Virus record (IMG/VR): IMGVR_UViG_3300028025_004073
Direction: 5' to 3' (one strand)
Origin: an uncultured virus (IMG/VR IMGVR_UViG_3300028025_004073)
Lineage: Duplodnaviria > Heunggongvirae > Uroviricota > Caudoviricetes
DNA: 64,000 nt
Part shown: piece by piece, positions 57,971 to 64,000 of the stretch
Layout: every line of letters begins with the position of its first letter
Numbering within the stretch: position 1 is the first letter of the stretch
Made by a program: the position numbers and the translations under genes
Notes under the pieces: model-generated
Seen by the model: the letters and a program-made list of their open reading frames with translations, nothing else
The model's database searches: none
What the model was told of the DNA's origin: nothing

Positions 57971-58221
57971 ACTACATAATCTGTGCATTAGCCGTTTACA
58001 AAGCAGTTCAAATACTTGAAGCAATTTCTCCACGGGAAGCAATGCCGTGGGTCAAGGTATTGGTAGGAACAGTTTTGTCTTACGCTTCAATCTTTATCGT
58101 TCCTTTTGATGACCGATGGTTAGCAGGTTTAGCAGTAGCGACACTTGCAGGAACGGTACACACCCTGCTACGCTTGCTGACTCTAATGGGGGACATGTCG
58201 TTTAAACGCTCAATCAAATAA
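57967..58221 (+). CDS. small membrane protein
   Basis: Three hydrophobic segments; ATGA overlap. Confidence 0.6.
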   Translation: MNYIICALAVYKAVQILEAISPREAMPWVKVLVGTVLSYASIFIVPFDDRWLAGLAVATLAGTVHTLLRLLTLMGDMSFKRSIK

Positions 58222-58230
58222 GGAAAGAAC

Positions 58231-58812
58231 ATGGATTACTTAATCGGTGGTACTGGTAACGCATCAGCAAACGTAATTGAATCTGGTCTTAGTGACCTTA
58301 AAGGAAGTTGGTTTCACATCTTGTGGACAGGTAAACCAACCGCAGGTCAGGCACGAGTCCTTGACTGGATGATTGACCACAGTGCAAAGTTCACGGTCTA
58401 TACAGAATCTGGAAAAGTTCCCCCAGCAGTTGGTCAGGCTTCCGATTCAATTGTCAAGGTAGACAGTCTTGTAGAAGACGCTTTTTTTCAAGCCCAAACT
58501 CGTTCAGAGAATTCACTAGCAGTCCTTGTCCTGTATGACGAAGACGAGACTAAAGAGGCTACAGAACTTACGCAAAGCCTTGTGTTTGGGGCAAATGACC
58601 GCAACCTAGTCTGCTTGGAGTTGACCAATGGTCTTGCCCCACTAACCGTTGACTCGGACAAACCCTCTTCAGAGGCCCCTAGGAAGCCCCAGGATGAGCC
58701 AAAAATTGATGTGGTGTCTACCCCACGCATGGAGAAGGTATTGAGTGTTAGAGAGCCTGTAATGCAGATTACGGTCTACTCTGACGGATCTATAAAAACC
58801 AAGCAGTTATAG
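58231..58812 (+). CDS. hypothetical alpha/beta protein
   Basis: AAGGA RBS; 193-aa ORF. Confidence 0.6.
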   Translation: MDYLIGGTGNASANVIESGLSDLKGSWFHILWTGKPTAGQARVLDWMIDHSAKFTVYTESGKVPPAVGQASDSIVKVDSLVEDAFFQAQTRSENSLAVLVLYDEDETKEATELTQSLVFGANDRNLVCLELTNGLAPLTVDSDKPSSEAPRKPQDEPKIDVVSTPRMEKVLSVREPVMQITVYSDGSIKTKQL

Positions 58813-58814
58813 GA

Positions 58815-58921
58815 GAGAGCGGTGGGCAAAGAAGAGAAAAACCCACCGCCCTCAATCCCATAAGAGCCAATTCCGCCAGAAAGGGGGAGCGGAATGGCAG
58901 GAAGGATGAAGGTTTCCTTCC
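58815..58921 (+). other. three consecutive hairpins upstream of the replication initiator
   Basis: GAGAGCGGTGGG/CCCACCGCCCTC; GCCA-TTCCGC/GCGGAA-TGGC; GGAAGGA/TCCTTCC. Confidence 0.6.
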
Positions 58922-58960
58922 ATAAATAAATCGTAACACAGCAAATAAGAGGAGACAAGT

Positions 58961-59476
58961 ATGGCAAAGTTCAACGGAACATTTATCCCAATCCCAAGTT
59001 GGGTCATGGAATACATTGGGAATGACCCAATTGCTTTATGTGTATTGATAAATGCAATGAAGTACATGGACAATGAGACTCAACAGTTCACAACGTCTTA
59101 CGACCATCTGGCTGAAAAGACTGGATTAAACAGGAGAACAATACTCCGTGCCATGAAGCGCATTGAGTCTTCTGGGGTACTACGAAAAACCATTCGCAGG
59201 GCTAAAGGTGGCAACAATAAAACCAACTTGTACACCGTGGATTTCAACAACCCTAAATCAAGGGAGGGTGTCTCCAGGGACACCCCCCATAGTGTCTCCA
59301 GTGTCACCCCCCTAGTGACTCCAGGGACACCCTCGGAGGGTGACTCCCGTGACACCCAATCTATAGAGACTAATCATTCTCTAGAGGGGGCCAGAAAAAA
59401 GGATGGAAAAATTCCTACGTTTATGCTTCAAGACCCTAGGTGGATGCGCCAGATAAAAAACTTGGAGTCGGAATGA
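58961..59476 (+). CDS. HTH replication initiator (lambda O-like position)
   Basis: SYDHLAEKTGLNRRTILRAMKRIESSG...TNLY wHTH; internal iterons; upstream of loader and helicase. Confidence 0.8.
   Translation: MAKFNGTFIPIPSWVMEYIGNDPIALCVLINAMKYMDNETQQFTTSYDHLAEKTGLNRRTILRAMKRIESSGVLRKTIRRAKGGNNKTNLYTVDFNNPKSREGVSRDTPHSVSSVTPLVTPGTPSEGDSRDTQSIETNHSLEGARKKDGKIPTFMLQDPRWMRQIKNLESE
59268..59357. repeat. four 18-bp iterons (putative replication origin)
   Basis: GTGTCTCCAGGGACACCC (59268), GTGTCTCCAGTGTCACCC (59292), GTGACTCCAGGGACACCC (59315), GTGACTCCCGTGACACCC (59340). Confidence 0.85.
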
Positions 59477-59880
59477 AAAAGAAACACGATGACTGGGGTG
59501 TCAAAGTAATCGGCGCTGACGAAGATAAGCCAAAGGTTGAACCGCAGAAAGGTCCAAGCCTCAAAAAGTTAGTTATGTACCTTCAAGACCGCACGACTGG
59601 TATGTCCATGTCATTAAACGCTCCAGTTAACGGGCCAGCCATGATGAAAATCTTTAGCACCATGATTGCAGACTCAGTTACACATGATCAGATATATCAG
59701 ATGATTGATTTGTTTGCTGATGACATTAAGCGCACACCGTTAAAAGAACAAGAGACACCTTGGAGAGCGTTTGCTGCCAGACGAGGTGAATTGTTTAAGC
59801 GTGTTCAAGGTAGTACAGTGCAGTCCACTTCTGAAGAGATGAAGTTTGATCCACGATTGGAGAAGTACCTTGAGGGGTGA
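59473..59880 (+). CDS. hypothetical replication-module protein
   Basis: ATGA overlap with the initiator stop. Confidence 0.6.
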   Translation: MKKKHDDWGVKVIGADEDKPKVEPQKGPSLKKLVMYLQDRTTGMSMSLNAPVNGPAMMKIFSTMIADSVTHDQIYQMIDLFADDIKRTPLKEQETPWRAFAARRGELFKRVQGSTVQSTSEEMKFDPRLEKYLEG

Positions 59881-59898
59881 AAAGAAAGCAATCAACAT

Positions 59899-60088
59899 CA
59901 TGGTTGATTATCTTGAATCACGACATGAGTACGACATCGCTCTTCAGTGGCGTGATTGGGAATCAGCAGAGACTTGGCTTGTTCAAACACAAGTTGATTT
60001 GCAAGCAATGAAAGACTACGTAAAAAAGTATTACAAAGAAAATAAGAAGAGCGTTGAAAGGACTTTGATTGATGACGATGAATACTGA
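59899..60088 (+). CDS. small hypothetical protein (start uncertain)
   Basis: Fills the gap before the loader gene. Confidence 0.4.
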
Positions 60089-60725
60089 GTGGCACGGTTC
60101 TCGGTACTGGCGCAACCGACAACCAAAAGAACGTGTGGATAACGCACACATACCACGCCGATACATTGAAAAAACTTTAGACAACTACGATGAAGAAGTA
60201 GGTAGTTGGGGAGTTGTTAAAGCCATTCGTGGATGGATGGGAAACTTTGAAGAGAACCGTTTGAACGGTGAAGGTTTGTATCTGTGCGGTTCCACTGGTA
60301 CTGGTAAGACTCATCTTGCCGCAGGCTTGCTATCTGAATTATTGGAGAAGCACAAACTTGGTGGTTTCTTTATTACTGCTGAGAAGTTTGTTGAGGCATC
60401 TTACGATGAGATTCGCAATGATGGTGAACTCCCGATGGAGTACGGTGATGAGTACTTGCTGAAGTATTTAAACGCTGTCTATGACGTTGTGGTTATTGAC
60501 GGGCTTGGTAGCGAGAAGAAGACTGAATTTACAAAGGGTGCTCTTGTATCATTGTTTAACAGTAGGTACGAGCAGAAACTGATTACAATCGTTACATCGG
60601 AGTACAGCATTGCTTCGTTGTCTAAAATTTATGGTCCACGGCTATCTTCAATACTCCAGGACTCAACCTTACAGATTCCATTTGAAGGAAAGGATTACCG
60701 AATTACTCAGTATGGAACGAAATGA
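60078..60725 (+). CDS. dnaC: DnaC/IstB-like AAA+ helicase loader
   Basis: GSTGTGKTHLA Walker A; VVVIDGLGSE Walker B-like; TIVTS. Confidence 0.85.
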   Translation: MNTEWHGSRYWRNRQPKERVDNAHIPRRYIEKTLDNYDEEVGSWGVVKAIRGWMGNFEENRLNGEGLYLCGSTGTGKTHLAAGLLSELLEKHKLGGFFITAEKFVEASYDEIRNDGELPMEYGDEYLLKYLNAVYDVVVIDGLGSEKKTEFTKGALVSLFNSRYEQKLITIVTSEYSIASLSKIYGPRLSSILQDSTLQIPFEGKDYRITQYGTK

Positions 60726-61152
60726 CCTGTCATCGTTTTCACAAAAGTCGCAAGCAACAATGTTTGAAGGTGTGCTTGCTTCAGAGCCTGAAGGTATCGC
60801 AAAGATAAAAGCCGCATACTTTTTGAGAAATGAAAAATGGGATCAGTACCTAAGAATGTGGGAACCAAATACTCTCCCAATCAAATCTCTTAGTGATTCA
60901 ATAAACAGGTTGGGTATCGGTACAGAGGTTTATACACTGCTTCCTCCGCCAGTCGCTGATGCGATTGACAGGTGGTTAATTAAGAAGGGGATTTCAACTA
61001 ACGTGGTTTCATTTCAAGACATCAAAGAACTTGCTTATGACCTCAGCATCAATCGTGGTATTACGCAGATATATGTTGCAGATCAGGAGCACTACAAACT
61101 TATTGGGCTTAGGGCAACCGTAGTCTCACCAAAGACTGCGTGGTCTGCCTAA
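60712..61152 (+). CDS. hypothetical protein (possibly a degenerate HAD-like fold)
   Basis: Start re-annotated to ATG 60712; TAATG-coupled to dnaB. Confidence 0.55.
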   Translation: MERNDLSSFSQKSQATMFEGVLASEPEGIAKIKAAYFLRNEKWDQYLRMWEPNTLPIKSLSDSINRLGIGTEVYTLLPPPVADAIDRWLIKKGISTNVVSFQDIKELAYDLSINRGITQIYVADQEHYKLIGLRATVVSPKTAWSA

Positions 61153-62417
61153 TGGCTAGTGCAGAACAATTACTAATCAGTAAGGTCATTCAAGACCAAG
61201 ACATTTCCTTTCCGTTAAAGCATGGCGTAAAGACTGAACACTTCACTAAAGAGTGGGGGAATGTCTGGACATGGATTACTTCATACTGGCGTAATCATGG
61301 GTCAGTTCCAACTGAACGTGCGCTTGGTATGGAGTTTGGAGACATAAAAGTAATTGATGCTAAACCAGAACCGTTTACCGCATTGGTAGATGAACTCTAT
61401 ACAAGTTACCGCCAGCGCAATCTTGTTGAGGCCATGTCAGCAGCGATGCCTGCACTCAATGCTGGGGACACAAGTGAAGCGTTTAAGTTGCTTGCCGCAG
61501 GTGTACAGAAGGCTGGAGCAGATGTTGCTCGCCTACGAGATGTAAACCTTATTGAGCAGTGGGAAGAACGTGTTTCAAAATATGACGAACTACGTAAGAT
61601 GCCTAATGCTATTCGTGGTATTCCTACAGGTATTCAAGGTCTTGACAGAATCACTTCGGGTCTTCGCCCACAACAGTTGATTACATTTGTTGGTGAAGCA
61701 AAGAAAGGTAAGTCGTTGATGACGTTGATGATGGCTAACGCAGCCCACATCCACGGTAAACGCCCACTCTTTGTTTCGTTTGAAATGTCAGCAGAAGAAC
61801 AAGCGGCACGTTACGATGCGATTGTTGCCAAAGTTCCGTACAGCAACATCTTGCGAGCAAGTCTTTCTGACGAAGAGTTTGAGCGTGTTCGTAATACTTT
61901 GCGTATGCGTAAGAACATGCATCCGTTTGTTATCACTGAGGACACATCATCACTCACCACCGTTAGTTCACTTGCGGCAAAGGTGCAAGAGTACAAGCCA
62001 GACATTCTTTTTGTTGACGGTGTGTATCTAATGGATGACGAGCAAGGAGAACCAAAGGGTTCGCCACAGGCGCTCACAAACATCACTCGGTCTTTAAAGC
62101 GTCTTGCACAGACTGCTGACATTCCAATTGTTGGGACTACCCAGGTTCTTTCATGGAAGTTGGGTAACAAGAAGTCACGCAAGGTAACGGTTGACTCAAT
62201 TGGTTACACCTCGTCATTTGCTCAAGACTCAGACCTTGTTATTGCAGTTGAGTCTGATCCAGATATTGAGAACCAAGGAATCATTCGTGTAGTCATTGCA
62301 CGTTCAGCCCCACAAGGAGAGATTAGAATTAACTGGGACTGGAACAACATGGACTTTACAGAGGTAGGAGAAGATGAGGATGATAATGACTCGGACAATG
62401 ACAACTGGTACTACTGA
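61152..62417 (+). CDS. dnaB: DnaB-like replicative helicase
   Basis: IPTGIQGLD, GEAKKGKS, SFEMS, FVDGVYLM, FAQDSD. Confidence 0.92.
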   Translation: MASAEQLLISKVIQDQDISFPLKHGVKTEHFTKEWGNVWTWITSYWRNHGSVPTERALGMEFGDIKVIDAKPEPFTALVDELYTSYRQRNLVEAMSAAMPALNAGDTSEAFKLLAAGVQKAGADVARLRDVNLIEQWEERVSKYDELRKMPNAIRGIPTGIQGLDRITSGLRPQQLITFVGEAKKGKSLMTLMMANAAHIHGKRPLFVSFEMSAEEQAARYDAIVAKVPYSNILRASLSDEEFERVRNTLRMRKNMHPFVITEDTSSLTTVSSLAAKVQEYKPDILFVDGVYLMDDEQGEPKGSPQALTNITRSLKRLAQTADIPIVGTTQVLSWKLGNKKSRKVTVDSIGYTSSFAQDSDLVIAVESDPDIENQGIIRVVIARSAPQGEIRINWDWNNMDFTEVGEDEDDNDSDNDNWYY

Positions 62418-63309
62418 TATTGCTGGTGTCCTAACTCAGTTAGGAGTAACCGTAAAGCGTGTAGGTGAGAAGGAAATATCTGGGTGTTGTCCTGTACACG
62501 CTGCACGAACTGGTAAAGAAGATAGGTCACCATCGTGGTCAATGAATGCAAACACTGGTTTGTGGATTTGTTATTCCTGTGGTGCTAAAGGAACATTGTC
62601 AACCCTTGTTTCAGAACTTACTGGTGAGCCAGACAGCATTATTGCTGTACATACTTTCTTGATTAACTCTGGTCTTGAAAGATTGACAGCAGAACCTGTT
62701 GCTGAGTTAAAGCCAGAAGTAGATTGGAAAATGTTTAGTTCTTTTCCAGCGCCCTCTGACAACTGGTTGTGGACTCGTGGTCTTGATAGAGCGTCTGCAA
62801 GAAAGTATGGAGTTAGGTTTGATGAGAAGAAACAAGCATGGATTCTTCCCATAGTTTCTTCGTTTGGTGAATTGCTTGGGTGGCAAGAGAAAGAACCATC
62901 ACAGGTTCGCAACTACCCAATCGGGATTAAGAAGTCAGATACGCTATTTGGCCTAGACAAAGTTTCTCAAAAGATTGTAATGGTTGTTGAGTCCCCGTTA
63001 GATGTAGTCAGGGTTGACACTGTTATGGATGGGGTAAGTGCCGTGGCAACTTTTGGAGCACACGTAAGTAAGGCCCAGATACGTCTTCTATCCGAACATG
63101 CTGACGGGTTAATTATTGCTATGGATAATGATGAGGCAGGTATTGAGTCTGCAAAACGTATTACAAAGCAGTTACCAGCGTTTAGGTATGGTGTAAAATA
63201 TATACACTACGCACACACGAACGCAAAAGACATCGGTGAAATGACTCAAGACGAAACGCTAACGGCAATAAAGCAAGCATCAGTAATACCTTGGTGGATA
63301 AATGTTTAA
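62374..63309 (+). CDS. dnaG: DNA primase (CHC2-type Zn finger plus TOPRIM); exact start uncertain
   Basis: CPVH...CYSC; VESPLD; MDNDEAG. Confidence 0.88.
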   Translation: MRMIMTRTMTTGTTDIAGVLTQLGVTVKRVGEKEISGCCPVHAARTGKEDRSPSWSMNANTGLWICYSCGAKGTLSTLVSELTGEPDSIIAVHTFLINSGLERLTAEPVAELKPEVDWKMFSSFPAPSDNWLWTRGLDRASARKYGVRFDEKKQAWILPIVSSFGELLGWQEKEPSQVRNYPIGIKKSDTLFGLDKVSQKIVMVVESPLDVVRVDTVMDGVSAVATFGAHVSKAQIRLLSEHADGLIIAMDNDEAGIESAKRITKQLPAFRYGVKYIHYAHTNAKDIGEMTQDETLTAIKQASVIPWWINV

Positions 63310-64000
63310 AGGGAAACTTTATCCGTTTCAAGAAGAGGCAACCGAACTCATGGTTGACCGTGGTCAAATGTTGTTAGCCCTAGTGATGGGTGCTGGTAAA
63401 ACTGTTACTACTATTGCTGCACTAGAAAAGTTGTTTGAGTCTGGTGAGATAAAGAAAGTAATTGTGGTAGTCCCATCTGCATTGAAGTATCAATGGGCTA
63501 GAGAAATTAAAAAGTTTACTGATTCTGATGTCGTTGTTATTGATGGTTCTGCTGCCGCTAGAAAGAAAGAATGGCGTAACGCACTCAGCGCAAAGTACGT
63601 TGTTGTTAACCCTGAATCATTAGTTAACGACTTGGCTCATTTTGAAAAACATAAGTTTGATGCAATTGTGGTTGACGAAGCAACCATGATTAAGACCCCA
63701 AGAGCCAAGCGTTCTAGGCTCATTAAGCGCATAGGTAAGAAATACCATTACAGGTTTGCGCTCACTGGTCAGCCTATTGAGAATCGCCCAGAAGAATTGT
63801 TTTCTATTATGGAGTTTGTTGACCCAGCAGTACTTGGGAAGTTTGAAGTGTTTGACCGCACCTTTATTGTGCGTGATCATTTTGGTAAGCCAAGCAGATA
63901 TCGAAATCTTAAGGCTCTAAATGAAAGTATGCAAGACGTAATGGTCCGCAAAACTCGTGAAGATATTCAAGACCAGTTGCCCCAAGTAATCAACCACTTC
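63302..64000 (+). CDS. SNF2-family helicase, 3'-truncated (not in ORF track)
   Basis: Hand translation MFKGKLYPFQ...MGAGKT...VVPSALKYQW...IVVDEATMIK...ALTGQPIEN. Confidence 0.9.
   Translation, partial: MFKGKLYPFQEEATELMVDRGQMLLALVMGAGKTVTTIAALEKLFESGEIKKVIVVVPSALKYQWAREIKKFTDSDVVVIDGSAAARKKEWRNALSAKYVVVNPESLVNDLAHFEKHKFDAIVVDEATMIKTPRAKRSRLIKRIGKKYHYRFALTGQPIENRPEELFSIMEFVDPAVLGKFEVFDRTFIVRDHFGKPSRYRNLKALNESMQDVMVRKTREDIQDQLPQVINHF

Noticed and set aside
59268..59357. Mini-CRISPR array
   Set aside because: 18-bp units with 5-7-bp gaps inside a CDS and no cas genes; fits iterons
1..64000. tRNA, rRNA, integrase, introns/inteins
   Set aside because: None recognised by eye; TerL, DnaB and primase are normal length; a tRNA/Rfam scan was not run

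Overview
A 64-kb segment of a dsDNA tailed phage with a contractile (myovirus-type) tail; no host genes, integrase, tRNA or CRISPR were recognised. The host is probably an actinobacterium (inference: many genes have a TANNNT -10 box 5-8 nt before the start codon with little or no RBS, i.e. leaderless-type transcription; M15 peptidase endolysin). Layout: (i) 1-1.5 kb: two small genes, a terminator and a ~1 kb repeat/hairpin-rich non-coding stretch. (ii) 1.5-10 kb: a dense array of small putative enzymes (ADP-ribosyltransferase-like x6, GNAT x2, ParB/Srx-like x3, papain-like Cys-His-Asp x1, Zn-finger), most sharing a short N-terminal peptide MAAHExL(S/N)xxQF, plus a desaturase-family gene. (iii) 10-29 kb: fibre/decoration proteins interleaved with modification cassettes (2OG-Fe(II) oxygenases, methyltransferases, glycosyltransferase, mucin-like protein). 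(iv) 29.8-58 kb: TerL, lysis genes, phosphoesterase, proteasome-beta/HslV-like protease, portal, scaffold, major capsid, neck, sheath, tube, chaperone, tape measure with two peptidoglycan hydrolase domains, baseplate. (v) 58.9-64 kb: HTH initiator with internal iterons, DnaC-like loader, DnaB, primase, SNF2-type helicase (truncated). The most striking candidate new system is the leader-tagged effector array, which looks like a 'disassembled' polyvalent protein whose members share a putative virion-packaging/processing signal. All calls come from reading motifs by eye; no database search was run.
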